From positions 1 to 45,370 of the forward strand of contig JAFGFD010000051.1 in assembly GCA_016931215.1 (NCBI GenBank): a DNA stretch of 45,370 nucleotides, given 5' to 3'. Below the pieces are notes generated by a model. That model was not told the origin of the DNA, made no database searches, and worked only from the letters and a program-made list of their open reading frames with translations. Below are positions 1 to 9,689 of this stretch, piece by piece (the first letter of the stretch is position 1; each line of letters begins with the position of its first letter). The position numbers and the translations under genes are program-made. The DNA is from Candidatus Omnitrophota bacterium. GTDB taxonomy: Bacteria; Omnitrophota; Gorgyraeia; JAHIPI01.

Positions 1-125
1 ATCTAAATTTGATAGAAATTATATCAAAGGAATGGCGGAATAGCAAGATGTTTGTGCTCTCCGGGATAACAACTTTTGTCCGGCATAAATGGGTTGTATT
101 CGGCTATAGGCGGATCGATGCTCAG

Positions 126-1067
126 TTAAAGTAAAGAAATAAAAAACGGAACTGTAATGATGCTGCACATCGTAGTCGCAAAAACTCCTACGCTGGCAAG
201 TTCCATATCGCCTCCGAACCTGGATACGAATATGGGCGTCGTAGACGCCGAAGGCATAGCGGATTGCAATACTATTATGGCCCGCGACAACGGCGCCAAG
301 TCTTTGAAAAGGGAAGAAATAAATAACGCCAAACAAGGCACTACTAAGAGCCTGCATACCGTAATCAAGATGACACTACGTCGATACTGACGAAACTTCG
401 ACATGTCGCACTTTGACATTATTGAACCCACGACCAAAAGGGCCAGCGGTATAGTGGCGGATCCGATTATGTTGGCCGAATCCATCAAGAAAGACGGCAG
501 CCTTATCGACATAAGGCCGACGCCTATGCCGCACAGAAGCCCAATAGTGCCTCCATTTATCAGATTCCCTGCCAGCGCAAACCTACCGCCATAGGAAGAA
601 CCGGATGACTTATTAGCGGTCCTCAAGGTCCGAACGCCGAGCGTCCAATATAAAAGATTAAAGCCTACGTTGAAAAAAACAACTCTGATTATTCCGTCGG
701 GGCCATAAAGGGCATTAGCAATAGGAATGGCTAAAAAACCGCAGTTCGTAAAAGTGGCCAGGTAGACAAAAGTGGCTTTACTCGAAGCCGGAAGATCGAT
801 AAAACCCGACAGGACCTTGGCTATTGCATAACCCAAGCTAACGAGCGCCAGGGCAAAGACGGGCAAAACCCAAATCGTATTCAAGAGTTCAGCCGTGAAC
901 TTCGTAGATAGAGAATGGAAATATAAAAAAGGGAGCGCCACAACCAGAACTAAATTGGCCAATGTCCTCGTTGAAGCCTCATCCAATATCTTTTTATACC
1001 TTGCCGCCGCGCCTATCAGAAGAACTATAAACAGCACGCTCGTCTTTGACGCTATCTCTTGAAACAT
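126..1067 (-). CDS. AEC (auxin efflux carrier / Mem_trans) family permease
   Basis: 313-aa ORF that is hydrophobic throughout with about 10 TM segments. The two-halves layout and N-terminus (VLFIVLLIGAAARYKKIL...LANLVLVVALP) are typical of AEC-family transporters. Confidence 0.8.
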   Translation of the reverse strand: MFQEIASKTSVLFIVLLIGAAARYKKILDEASTRTLANLVLVVALPFLYFHSLSTKFTAELLNTIWVLPVFALALVSLGYAIAKVLSGFIDLPASSKATFVYLATFTNCGFLAIPIANALYGPDGIIRVVFFNVGFNLLYWTLGVRTLRTANKSSGSSYGGRFALAGNLINGGTIGLLCGIGVGLMSIRLPSFLMDSANIIGSATIPLALLVVGSIMSKCDMSKFRQYRRSVILITVCRLLVVPCLALFISSLFKDLAPLSRAIIVLQSAMPSASTTPIFVSRFGGDMELASVGVFATTMCSIITVPFFISLL

Positions 1068-1114
1068 ATCGTACTCTTGTTTGAGAAAAGGTTCCTCTCC
1101 TCAGAAACGCCGTG

Positions 1115-1153
1115 TTTTTTAAAAAAGGCGAAGTATATTATTTTACTTCGCCT
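1115..1153 (-). terminator. Rho-independent terminator after the wHTH gene
   Basis: On the minus strand, GGCGAAGUA - 8-nt loop - UACUUCGCC forms a perfect 9-bp stem (plus 1127-1135 / 1144-1152). It is followed by UUUUUUAAAAAA. Confidence 0.75.
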
Positions 1154-1190
1154 CTATGACAGGTCAATCGATAACTAAACGCAAAGATTC

Positions 1191-1418
1191 TTACTCTTTG
1201 ACTGCCTCCAGGTCTTTCTTTCTCCTGAGACTTACGACGAATTGATTTTTATCCTGATTTACCAAAACATGACCTTCGCGGGATAACCAGCCCAGACTCA
1301 TGAGAATTAGGTATTCGGGCTTGTCAAGCTTGGTTTTTATCTCACTTAATGTCATATTTTCGTTAGATTCCAAAAGCTGCCATATTTCACCAGCAACTAT
1401 CCCTATCCTCGTTATCAT
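1191..1418 (-). CDS. small winged-helix protein (DUF2582-like)
   Basis: The ORF track gives 91 aa from 1466. The internal start MITRIGIVAGEIWQLL at 1418 is preceded by a strong SD (GAGGUGA, 4 nt spacing). The sequence pattern (IWQLL...LSEIKTKL...LMSLGWLSREGHV) resembles stand-alone wHTH proteins. Confidence 0.6.
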   Translation of the reverse strand: MITRIGIVAGEIWQLLESNENMTLSEIKTKLDKPEYLILMSLGWLSREGHVLVNQDKNQFVVSLRRKKDLEAVKE

Positions 1419-1437
1419 GTTTTCACCTCGCATTAAA

Positions 1438-1466
1438 AGTTTAACATATAATCGTTCTATTGTCAA
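1438..1466 (-). promoter_or_regulatory. possible sigma70-type promoter for the wHTH gene
   Basis: The minus strand reads TTGACA (rc of 1461-1466), a 17-nt spacer, then TAAACT (rc of 1438-1443), just upstream of the SD. Motif match only. Confidence 0.3.
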
Positions 1467-1506
1467 GTTCGGGGCGAGCGACTATGTCGACGGCGCATAT
1501 GAAATA

Positions 1507-2178
1507 CTAACTTGCCGATAATAAATCGCAATAAAAAAACTGTTTACGCCTTATAAACTTTCGCCCTTTTTTAAAATCGATCTTTCGCCTAAAAATAGGT
1601 CCGTCAAATACAAAAGAGTGAAATTCCCCGTTTTCTCCGCACGGGTCTACGCCGGCCGGCAGGTCTTTTAAAAATTGTTCATCGTAAATTCTGCCGCTGA
1701 AGCTTCCGTTGAGCACCTTCAGGTCCACGCACGTTATAACGGATCTGAAACCCGCATTTATGAGCTCCTGGGCGGTATCGCGCGTATCGCATCCCCAGAG
1801 AGGAAATATTGCGTTCATATCCAGTTTGGAAAGGTTCTCCGTTCTATTGCGCCTGACATCTTCCAGAAATATATCTCCAAAAGCAACATCGTCGATGCCG
1901 TCGCGCTTATATCTCAGCAGAACTCTCTCCATGGCATCTTCATATTCTTCCTGCGAGGAATTTTTTGGAATATAGACGATTTCAAGCGGAAGGTCCAGCC
2001 GCTCTGCCTGTATTCTCAATAGTTCCGTCCTTACGCCGTGCATACTGATTCTCTCATGGTCCTTTGATACGGTGGTCAATATAGCCCTTACTTTATAGAT
2101 TGCGTCCCTTGAAATCTTATAAAGACAAAAAGCGCTGTCTTTGCCACCGCTCCAAGAAAGGATGATATTCTTATTCAT
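1507..2178 (-). CDS. PP-loop ATP pyrophosphatase, DUF71 / Dph6 (diphthine-ammonia ligase)-related
   Basis: 223 aa with the N-terminal PP-loop motif SWSGGKDS. Length and layout match the MJ0570/DUF71 family. Confidence 0.75.
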   Translation of the reverse strand: MNKNIILSWSGGKDSAFCLYKISRDAIYKVRAILTTVSKDHERISMHGVRTELLRIQAERLDLPLEIVYIPKNSSQEEYEDAMERVLLRYKRDGIDDVAFGDIFLEDVRRNRTENLSKLDMNAIFPLWGCDTRDTAQELINAGFRSVITCVDLKVLNGSFSGRIYDEQFLKDLPAGVDPCGENGEFHSFVFDGPIFRRKIDFKKGRKFIRRKQFFYCDLLSAS

Positions 2179-2207
2179 ATTTTTTATAGAGTTTCTAGTC
2201 CTTTAAC

Positions 2208-3212
2208 TCAAAAAGACATCATATTGCTGCCCCTTCTGATAAGCAGCCAGATAAATAACGGCCCTCCCAGCAGAGCCGTTATAATGCCGATCGGTATCTC
2301 CGACGGGGGGACGATCTTTCGCGATATTAGATCGCATATGACCATGAAGCATCCGCCGAATAGAAGGCTGGCTGGCGCCAGATATCTGTGGTTGGAGCCG
2401 ATAATAAGTCTTGAGATATGCGGTGCTACCATGCCGACAAATCCTATTATGCCGCACAAAGATACACTTGCCCCGACCATGACCGAACATAACAAGAACA
2501 TAAATAATTTGAATCTATCCGTATCCAGCCCCCTGGAGACAGCCAAGTCCTCCCCCAACAGCATGAGATTGAGTTCCTTATTGAAAACTAAAATAACGAA
2601 AGAACCTATTATGAAAAAAGGAAATAGGGTGGCTGTCTTTTCGAACCCGTAAGTCCCGAGATTGCCCATAAGCCAGCGGTACGTGTGAAATACCTTTGTA
2701 TAATCGGCTATATACTGAAGAAAGAGAATAAGGCTGGAGAAGATAAAATTGATGGCGACACCGGCCAGAAGCATGATGAAGGTAGAGAACCCTCCTTTGA
2801 TACGCATCAGAAGATACAAAAGCAGTACTGACAAAATAGCGCCTAAAAATGCGGATAGATAAGTCTTTGCGAGGCCTAAAAATGCTATCTCCGACCCGAA
2901 GATAATAAAGGCAACGGCGCCGAATGCAGCGCCGCTTGATATGCCGAGAGTAAACGGTGTGGTAAGAGGGTTTCTAAAGATCGCCTGATATACCATTCCA
3001 CAGAGCGAAAGGATGGCTCCTACCATGAATGCAAGTAGCGCTCTGGGCAACCGAATATTCCAATATATGGAATAATTTTTGTCTTCGACGCTTCTTTCCA
3101 GTAAGACCTTTATCGGTATGTCGCTAATCCCCAACAACGGAACGACGAATAATGCCGCGATACTCGCGATCAACAGCGCGATAATGACCGATTTTTTATT
3201 TCTCTCGCTCAA
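2208..3212 (-). CDS. btuC: FecCD/BtuC-family ABC permease (corrinoid/iron-chelate type)
   Basis: 334 aa with about 9-10 TM helices and a typical FecCD pattern (RLPRALLAFMVGA...GAAFGA...GPLFIWLL). Its start overlaps the ATPase stop by 4 nt. The symbol is assigned from the riboswitch context. Confidence 0.85.
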   Translation of the reverse strand: MSERNKKSVIIALLIASIAALFVVPLLGISDIPIKVLLERSVEDKNYSIYWNIRLPRALLAFMVGAILSLCGMVYQAIFRNPLTTPFTLGISSGAAFGAVAFIIFGSEIAFLGLAKTYLSAFLGAILSVLLLYLLMRIKGGFSTFIMLLAGVAINFIFSSLILFLQYIADYTKVFHTYRWLMGNLGTYGFEKTATLFPFFIIGSFVILVFNKELNLMLLGEDLAVSRGLDTDRFKLFMFLLCSVMVGASVSLCGIIGFVGMVAPHISRLIIGSNHRYLAPASLLFGGCFMVICDLISRKIVPPSEIPIGIITALLGGPLFIWLLIRRGSNMMSF

Positions 3213-3994
3213 TCCACCGCCTCCGGAAGAACCATCTTTACCCCTTTTTCGGGATGATCAAACAGTTTAAATTCTTTTTCATACACCGATCTTAGAACGC
3301 TCTGTTCCGTAAATCCGCGCGCCTCACCGCAATAAACGACTCTCCCATTTTTAAGGGATAAAATCCGGTCGCTTAAAAGAACGGCGGAGTTTATATTATG
3401 GCTCACGGCAAAGATAGTGATCTTTTTCTCTCTGTTATACTTTTTCAAAATAGAGTTTATTTCTTCCTCGTGTTTAGGGTCCAGAAATGTCGTCGGTTCA
3501 TCCAGAAGAAGTATCTTGGCATTTTGCACCAACGAAGCGCATATCATAATCTTCTGACGTTCGCCCGAACTCAACATGTTCATAAATCTCGTCTTAAAAC
3601 CCGTCATGTGAACAGACTCGAGGGCTCGCTCGACTTCAAGTTCATACCTCGAACCATATCTCGAAAACGGATTGAGATAAGGGTATTTGCTCATAAGGAT
3701 AAATTCCCGCACTTGAAACGGGTAACTCCTGCCGTCTGATTGCGGAACGTAGGCTATGTTCTTCGCCAGATCCCTGCGGCTATAATGAACTATATCGCGG
3801 CCCAGGACATTTATACTGCCCGAACCCTTTAATATTCCTACAATATTCTTCAGCAATGTGGTCTTCCCGGAGCCGTTAGGCCCCACCACGGAGACATATT
3901 CCCCTGCTTTTATTTTAAAAGCGAGCGAGTCTAAGACATAACCGTTGCCGAAAGAGTATGAAAATTTCTTGAGTTCTATTGCGAAAGTCTCCAT
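3209..3994 (-). CDS. btuD: ABC transporter ATP-binding protein (FecE/BtuD type)
   Basis: Carries Walker A GPNGSGKTT, signature LSSGERQ and Walker B LLLDEPT. The likely start is METFAIEL at 3994 rather than the longest-ORF start at 4021. Confidence 0.88.
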   Translation of the reverse strand: METFAIELKKFSYSFGNGYVLDSLAFKIKAGEYVSVVGPNGSGKTTLLKNIVGILKGSGSINVLGRDIVHYSRRDLAKNIAYVPQSDGRSYPFQVREFILMSKYPYLNPFSRYGSRYELEVERALESVHMTGFKTRFMNMLSSGERQKIMICASLVQNAKILLLDEPTTFLDPKHEEEINSILKKYNREKKITIFAVSHNINSAVLLSDRILSLKNGRVVYCGEARGFTEQSVLRSVYEKEFKLFDHPEKGVKMVLPEAVD

Positions 3995-4146
3995 CGCTTC
4001 TCCGATTATGTGTTGTGGCACGTTTCAATTGAATCGCGATTGAAAATTGTGCGTAATGATCTCGACCGGTTTTTGTCTTCTTTTCTTTTAAGGGGACATG
4101 TCCGGCAGGCAATGAGCCATAACCGCCAACTCCGCAAAGTGTTACG

Positions 4147-5016
4147 TTAAGGAGAAACGTCCCCTTCTATGACCTTCTCCAAGTCTTCAAGTAATTTGAC
4201 AAAACTGGGGCCCGGTATGCAAGCATACTCCTGATTGAATATATGAACATTGCCGTCACTGACCGCCTTTACGCGGCTAAGAATACCCCATTCTTTCCTA
4301 CGCGTATCTATCTTATTGTCAGCTAGATACGGTAAGATCTCTATTATGATGTCCGGCTCAAGCCTTAAGACCGCTTCCGAAGATATTACGGGATAGCTCA
4401 CACCGCCCTCTCCGCATATGTTAGCCGCTCCGAGGATCTCTAAAATTTCGTCGTAAAAAGTATTTCTCCCGGCAATACACATATTATCGAAAGACCCCTC
4501 TTCCCTCTCTACTACGATCATAATCTTCTTGAAAGGCCTGCCGGTCGCCCTTCTCTTGGCCTCGTCCAACCGCGCCTGTATTGACTCTGTCAATACCTGC
4601 GCCCGGCTACCTTGACCTGTCCTTTCCCCTATTTGCCTTATAGAACGCAATATACCGTCGATAGTATCGGTGCTGACATTCAGGTAATCGATCCCTGATT
4701 CCTTAAATAAATCCACCAGTTCATAGTCGTAGCCTGCGGGTATTATTATAAGATCCGGGTCAAGGAGCAGTATCTTTTCATAATTCGCGCCAAGGACGCA
4801 GCCGATTCTCGACTTGCCGGCATCGTCATCCGGAACTATGCAGTAGTCCGTGACCCCCACAACCTTGTCTTCGAGCCCCAACTCATAGAGGATCTCCGTT
4901 ATACTGGGAGATAGGGATATTATGCGCTGGATCTCTCTTCCCATGGCAAAAGAAGGGCCCGCGCATATCAATACGGCGAGTATTATGATTACCGCTTTCT
5001 TCATATAATATACCAT
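4147..5016 (-). CDS. btuF: periplasmic substrate-binding protein, BtuF/FhuD class (PF01497-like)
   Basis: Has a signal peptide (MKKAVIIILAVLICAGPSFA) followed by RIISLSPSITEILYELGLEDKVVGVTDY, typical of class III binding proteins. An alternative start lies at 5004. Confidence 0.85.
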   Translation of the reverse strand: MVYYMKKAVIIILAVLICAGPSFAMGREIQRIISLSPSITEILYELGLEDKVVGVTDYCIVPDDDAGKSRIGCVLGANYEKILLLDPDLIIIPAGYDYELVDLFKESGIDYLNVSTDTIDGILRSIRQIGERTGQGSRAQVLTESIQARLDEAKRRATGRPFKKIMIVVEREEGSFDNMCIAGRNTFYDEILEILGAANICGEGGVSYPVISSEAVLRLEPDIIIEILPYLADNKIDTRRKEWGILSRVKAVSDGNVHIFNQEYACIPGPSFVKLLEDLEKVIEGDVSP

Positions 5017-5041
5017 TATGTTTTATTATACCATAGGATTC

Positions 5042-6952
5042 CTAAAACGTGACTTTTCCGCCTCCGTAAAAAGAGATGCCCGGAACACCGTAGCCGTCAA
5101 CCTCCTGATAGTGCTTATCCAGAAGGTTCTCTATCCTGCCGAACAGCTCCAGGTATTCGTTAACTAAATATCTGGCGGATACATCGACCTTGTGATAATC
5201 ATCCAATATAGTCTGATTGCCGGTATAACTGTTATCTTTTCTGTTTCCTACATACAAATATGTCAGGTTGACATTCAGTTTATCGGTCGGTTTGCATCTT
5301 ATATTAAAAGTGTGTTTATGGCGAGGTCTTCTATCCAGACTCTGTTTTGTAGCTTCATTCTCAGTTTCAAGGTATGTATATGAATAGTCAAAATAGACTT
5401 TATCCGTAATATTCAAGCTGGCTACGTTCTCTATGCCCCAAATTATGGCTCTGTTTACATTCTGATATTGGCCTCCCCACCCGCCGTCCGACACCCAGTC
5501 TATCAGGTCATCCAATTCGGACCGGAAATAAGTCGATTCAACCTCAAGCTTATCTTCAAAAAGGCTTTGCCCCGCGCCCAATTCATACGTCTCGTTCTCC
5601 TCGGGTCTCAAATCGGTACTACCATAAGTAGGGTCGTAAAGCTGATATAGGGAAGGTGCCTTGAAGCCGGTCGACCAGCCTCCTTTCACGCTAGTGCCGG
5701 AGTCAAAGACATATTTGGCATGTATCTTGTACGTATCGTGAAAACCGAACTCGGAATGGTCATCAAGGCGAACGCCTATAATAGAATAGAAACTTTCGCC
5801 AAGTGTCAATCTGTTTTGAACATAATATCCGACATTATGGTTCTTTCTTTTAGGGGTATCGGCCATTATCCCCCACGCCTCGTTAAAGTAATACGTATCG
5901 CTTTCCTGTTCATCATAATCGATGCCGCAAGATAAAGTACCGTATTCCTCGGTGCGGAATACATTATGGATTTCACACGCAGTATTCAGGCCTTCATATT
6001 TACTATAGATGTAGTCATTTGCGTCCAACTCATCTAAAAAGTCTTTGTCGAATCTTTCGTTATGCATCCGCATCCACTTTAAGCCGAAACTCCACCAATC
6101 GTTCATGTCAAAATCCAGGTAACTAGAAACAGTTCCCACGCGCTCGCGGTCTCTTCTATTGGGATCGTCCCCATTGTAGCCGCCGCCATCGTCGATCTCG
6201 ATCTCGGCGTCCGTGTACCTGAACGTCCCTCCGCAGCTTACATTTTCAAACGGCTCATAATCGATTCTTGTCGAAAAAGACGTGTTGACGTAACCGTCTT
6301 CTTCATCATTATCGTATTTGGAATCGGCCTTTGATATGCCTTCTGTGTCCAAGCGGGAGAAGGCCGCGGAATAATGGAACCCTTTGAATTCTCCGTATGA
6401 GCCGGCCGACTCCTTAAAGGTAGAGAAGGAACCTCCCTCGAAAGAACTCCAGACCTTTGGTCTGCCTTCCCCCTTCTTTGTTATTATGTTTACGACTCCT
6501 CCCATAGCATCGGAGCCATAGAGTGTGCTGTGAGGCCCTCTCAGCACTTCCACTCTCTCTATATTATCCAGGGTCAGATTTGCAAAATTGAAGGCGCCGT
6601 TGGTCGACGTCGGATCGAACACCTTTACCCCGTCTATCATGACGAGCGTGTGGCTGGATTCCGTACCCCTGGTAAATATGGAGGTAGGTGAGCCAAATGA
6701 GCCTGTCTGGACTACATGCAGCCCCGGCACGCCCATCAATATATCCTTTACCTGAACCTTGCCCTGCGAGACCAGCTCGTCCTCATATACGATAGTGAAA
6801 GAAGACGGTATGCCGCGCGTCGGGACTTCGTACTTTGTAGGCGTGATCATTATAGCCGGAAGCTCTATGCCTTCCGTAGGTCCATCGCCTTCAAAGGCCG
6901 AGACTTTTAAAGATATAAATAAAGTAATTAAAATTGCGATGCACTTCTTCAT
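5042..6952 (-). CDS. btuB: TonB-dependent outer-membrane receptor, cobalamin-type by context
   Basis: 636 aa with a signal peptide and plug-domain motifs (GVPGLHV...FTRG...VMIDGV...RVEVLRGPHSTLYGSDAMGGVVNI). The C-terminus is a beta-barrel ending in ...KVTF. It is the first gene after a cobalamin riboswitch. Confidence 0.9.
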   Translation of the reverse strand: MKKCIAILITLFISLKVSAFEGDGPTEGIELPAIMITPTKYEVPTRGIPSSFTIVYEDELVSQGKVQVKDILMGVPGLHVVQTGSFGSPTSIFTRGTESSHTLVMIDGVKVFDPTSTNGAFNFANLTLDNIERVEVLRGPHSTLYGSDAMGGVVNIITKKGEGRPKVWSSFEGGSFSTFKESAGSYGEFKGFHYSAAFSRLDTEGISKADSKYDNDEEDGYVNTSFSTRIDYEPFENVSCGGTFRYTDAEIEIDDGGGYNGDDPNRRDRERVGTVSSYLDFDMNDWWSFGLKWMRMHNERFDKDFLDELDANDYIYSKYEGLNTACEIHNVFRTEEYGTLSCGIDYDEQESDTYYFNEAWGIMADTPKRKNHNVGYYVQNRLTLGESFYSIIGVRLDDHSEFGFHDTYKIHAKYVFDSGTSVKGGWSTGFKAPSLYQLYDPTYGSTDLRPEENETYELGAGQSLFEDKLEVESTYFRSELDDLIDWVSDGGWGGQYQNVNRAIIWGIENVASLNITDKVYFDYSYTYLETENEATKQSLDRRPRHKHTFNIRCKPTDKLNVNLTYLYVGNRKDNSYTGNQTILDDYHKVDVSARYLVNEYLELFGRIENLLDKHYQEVDGYGVPGISFYGGGKVTF

Positions 6953-6983
6953 CTACCCTCCCATCGACCCTAAAGAATACAAT

Positions 6984-7014
6984 AAAAAACCCAACCTTCG
7001 CATGTCCGGTCGGG
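6984..7014 (-). terminator. second terminator-like hairpin in the btuB leader
   Basis: Minus-strand RNA reads CCCGACC-GGACAUGCGAA-GGUUGGG, a 7-bp stem with one G.U pair, followed by UUUUUUAUU. Confidence 0.5.
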
Positions 7015-7016
7015 AA

Positions 7017-7057
7017 ATAAAAAATCCCAACCTTCTTCCATCTCGGTTGGGATTTTA
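7017..7057 (-). terminator. riboswitch expression-platform terminator
   Basis: Minus-strand RNA reads AAAAUCCCAACC-GAGAUGGAAGAA-GGUUGGGAUUUU, a perfect 12-bp stem, followed by UUAUUU. Confidence 0.75.
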
Positions 7058-7084
7058 TGATATCATATCCTCTCACCCCGAAGG

Positions 7085-7245
7085 CCTATTTTAGGTATCC
7101 TGGCTCGGGAGTAATCTTATACTCCGGCCTTCCCGTTCCGCTGGCTCTCTCGACCATCATCGGAACAGTGACCTGAGATTATCCTCTCCCTTACAGTTGC
7201 GGGGGCAGCAACGGCTTTTCACCGTTTTCCCTATGTTTATTTTTG
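7085..7245 (-). promoter_or_regulatory. cobalamin (B12) riboswitch aptamer
   Basis: The minus strand reads AUAGGGAAAACGGUGAAAAGCCGUUGCUGCCCCCGCAACUGUAAGGGAGAGG...GGUCACUG...GGGAAGGCCGG...GAGCCAGGAUACCU. It contains the conserved AGGGAA / GGUGAAA.CC / GCCCCCGCAACUGUAA core and a B12-box-like AGCCAGGAUACCU, upstream of a TonB receptor gene. Confidence 0.9.
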
Positions 7246-7261
7246 TTAATGAACTGAATAA

Positions 7262-7290
7262 AGTATAACGCGGGCAAATTATTTTGTCAA
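7262..7290 (-). promoter_or_regulatory. sigma70-like promoter of the riboswitch/btu operon
   Basis: The minus strand has TTGACA (rc of 7285-7290), an exactly 17-nt spacer, then TATACT (rc of 7262-7267). This places a TSS a few nt before the aptamer. Confidence 0.5.
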
Positions 7291-7315
7291 CTAAAAATTA
7301 CGCCGATAATATTTC

Positions 7316-7894
7316 CTATTTCAGTATCTGCATCCTCCACGGCGGCCACCATATAAACATGGCCCTTCCTATAATATCCTCCCTGGGCACAAATCCCCAA
7401 TAACGCGAATCCCTTGAACTGTCACTGTTATCACCCAGCACAAAATAGTTACCCATAGGGACCCTTATGGCCTTCCCTTCCTGCCCGTAAAATCCTCTGT
7501 TGTAATAATACCTCTTGGTCACCTCGGGAGGATATTTTATCGGTTCGCCGTTTATCAGTATATTTCCTTTGGAGATTTCGACCGTCTCGCCGCCCCTGGC
7601 GATGATGCGTTTTATAAAGTCCTTCTTTCTGTCCTGGGGATACACAAAGACCACTATGTCGCCCCTCCTGGGCTCCCTTATAGACGGAAACGTAAAATTG
7701 GTAAAAGGGATCTTGGGGCCGAAAAGAAGTTTGTTGACCATTATCTTGTCGCCTTCCATCAGAGTATTCCTCATGGATCCGGACGGTATCCTAAAAGCCT
7801 GGATAAAAAACGTTCTTATAAATAATGCCAATACTACCGCTATGATTATCGACTCGACCCATTCCCTCAATATTGCTTTCGTCGTCTCTTTCAT
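7316..7894 (-). CDS. lepB: signal peptidase I
   Basis: 192 aa with an N-terminal TM segment and the catalytic Ser box PSGSMRNTL. The GDNSDSSRDSRYWGFV box is also present. Confidence 0.92.
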   Translation of the reverse strand: MKETTKAILREWVESIIIAVVLALFIRTFFIQAFRIPSGSMRNTLMEGDKIMVNKLLFGPKIPFTNFTFPSIREPRRGDIVVFVYPQDRKKDFIKRIIARGGETVEISKGNILINGEPIKYPPEVTKRYYYNRGFYGQEGKAIRVPMGNYFVLGDNSDSSRDSRYWGFVPREDIIGRAMFIWWPPWRMQILK

Positions 7895-7895
7895 G

Positions 7896-9689
7896 TCACA
7901 CCTTCAGCGCCGCTATAAACGCCTCTTGCGGTATCTGCACCTTTCCAAACTGTTTCATCTTCTTTTTCCCCTCCTTCTGTTTCTCCCATAATTTTCTCTT
8001 GCGGGTGATGTCTCCTCCGTAACACTTTCCAGTAACGTGTTTCTTCAACGGCTTTACGGTGGAACGGGCAATAATGTTATTGCCTATCGAGGCCTGAATC
8101 GCGACCTCGATCAGCTGTTTAGGTATGAGTTCCTTCAACTTATCTACGATGGCCCTGCCCTTGTGATACGCCTTATCCTTGTGGACAATCGAGGACATGG
8201 CATCGAATCCCTCACCGTTTAAAAGGATATCGAGTTTTACCAGGTCGCTCTCTTTGTAATCGAGAAATTCATAATCCAACGATCCGTACCCTCTTGTAAT
8301 GGATTTGATCTTATCGTAAAAATCTACTATGATCTCGGAGAGTGGTATCACGTATGTAAGTTTAGCCTTATCCTCGCTGAGATAGTCGGTACTGATATAT
8401 TCTCCTCTTTTGGATTCCGCAAGCTGCATAATATTACCTATAGAGTCGGCGGGCGTGATTACATATGCCGCTACGTATGGCTCGCTGATCCTATGTATGA
8501 GATTCGAAGGGGGCATCTTGGAAGGGTTGTCGACGTTTATCGTCTCTCCGGAGGTAGTCTCGATTTTATATATCACGCTCGGTATGCTTATAACTAGATT
8601 TAAATCGTATTCCCTCTCCAGTCTCTCCTGTATTATCTCCATATGCAGAAGCCCCAGAAAACCGCATCTGAAACCAAAACCTAAAGCGGCGGAACTCTCC
8701 GGTTCATAATGGAAGGAGGCGTCGCTGAGGCTCAGTTTATCCATAGCGTCTTTCAACGCCTCGAAATCTTTGCTATTCACGGGGTATATGCCGCTAAATA
8801 CCATAGGTCTCATCTTTCTATATCCCGGCAAAGGCTCATGGGCTTTGTTCGATACGAGCGTAACGGTGTCGCCTATCTCTATCTCGCCCGCGTCCCTTAT
8901 GTTGCAGGTCATATATCCGACTTCTCCGCAGCTCATCTGGTCTACGCTCTTCGGCTTCGGCGTAAAGACACCCAACTCCTGGACTTCATATTCTCTTCCG
9001 TTTCGCATCAGCAAAATCTTGTCGCCCGTCTTGACAACCCCGTTCATTATCCTGACATAGACTATGGCACCTTTGTAAGTATTGTAGCTTGAGTCGAATA
9101 TAAGTGCCTGTAAAGGATGCGAATCGCCCCCGGAAGGCGGAGGAATAGTCTTTACTATACTCTCCAGAATATCCACCACGCCTGTACCCTCCTTGGCGCT
9201 CGCCATTAATATCTTATCTTTGTACCCTCCCAAGAGATTATTGATCTGCGCGATCGTCTTTTCCGGTTCTGCGTTTGCGAGATCGATCTTATTTACGACG
9301 GGTATTATTACGAGATTATGCTCCATAGCCATATAAAGATTCGCGACCGTCTGCGCCTCAACGCCCTGAGCCGCATCGACCACCAACAGCGCTCCCTCGC
9401 AGGCGGCTATGGACTTGGACACCTCATAAGTGAAGTCTACGTGGCCCGGAGTATCTATGAGATTTAGTATGTATTCCATGCCGTCTTTTGCCTTATAAAC
9501 CAGGCGAACTGCGCTCGATTTGATGGTAATGCCTCTCTCGCGCTCGAGCTCCATATCATCAAGCATCTGTTCATGGAACTCGCGTTCGGATATCGCCTTT
9601 GTTATCTGCAATATTCTGTCCGCGAGCGTGGATTTCCCGTGGTCTATGTGTGCGATTATTGAAAAGTTTCTGATTCTATCTTGATCCAT
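7896..9689 (-). CDS. lepA: translation elongation factor 4 (LepA)
   Basis: 597 aa with GTPase motifs [22 protein letters not shown] and NKID. The LepA-specific C-terminal region is present, and the gene sits immediately upstream of lepB. Confidence 0.97.
   Translation of the reverse strand: MDQDRIRNFSIIAHIDHGKSTLADRILQITKAISEREFHEQMLDDMELERERGITIKSSAVRLVYKAKDGMEYILNLIDTPGHVDFTYEVSKSIAACEGALLVVDAAQGVEAQTVANLYMAMEHNLVIIPVVNKIDLANAEPEKTIAQINNLLGGYKDKILMASAKEGTGVVDILESIVKTIPPPSGGDSHPLQALIFDSSYNTYKGAIVYVRIMNGVVKTGDKILLMRNGREYEVQELGVFTPKPKSVDQMSCGEVGYMTCNIRDAGEIEIGDTVTLVSNKAHEPLPGYRKMRPMVFSGIYPVNSKDFEALKDAMDKLSLSDASFHYEPESSAALGFGFRCGFLGLLHMEIIQERLEREYDLNLVISIPSVIYKIETTSGETINVDNPSKMPPSNLIHRISEPYVAAYVITPADSIGNIMQLAESKRGEYISTDYLSEDKAKLTYVIPLSEIIVDFYDKIKSITRGYGSLDYEFLDYKESDLVKLDILLNGEGFDAMSSIVHKDKAYHKGRAIVDKLKELIPKQLIEVAIQASIGNNIIARSTVKPLKKHVTGKCYGGDITRKRKLWEKQKEGKKKMKQFGKVQIPQEAFIAALKV

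Noticed and set aside
19-357. 112-aa minus-strand ORF overlapping the 3-prime end of the AEC permease gene in another frame
   Set aside because: It overlaps a coherent membrane-protein ORF and extends past that ORF's stop. The sequence is not protein-like and has no SD.
4024-4105. Palindromes TTCAATTGAA (4024-4033) and GGACATGTCC (4094-4103) in the btuF-btuD spacer, and the 9-mer CATGTCCGG shared with the btuB leader (7001-7009)
   Set aside because: These could be an operator or a processing site within the B12 operon. A single shared 9-mer and two short palindromes in an AT-rich spacer are not enough evidence without genome-wide statistics.
6891-7076. 61-aa minus-strand ORF in the btuB leader, and the 65-aa ORF at 3915-4112
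   Set aside because: The first overlaps the riboswitch terminators and the btuB signal-peptide region. The second spans an intergenic spacer and runs into the ATPase gene. Neither has an SD or a plausible protein sequence.
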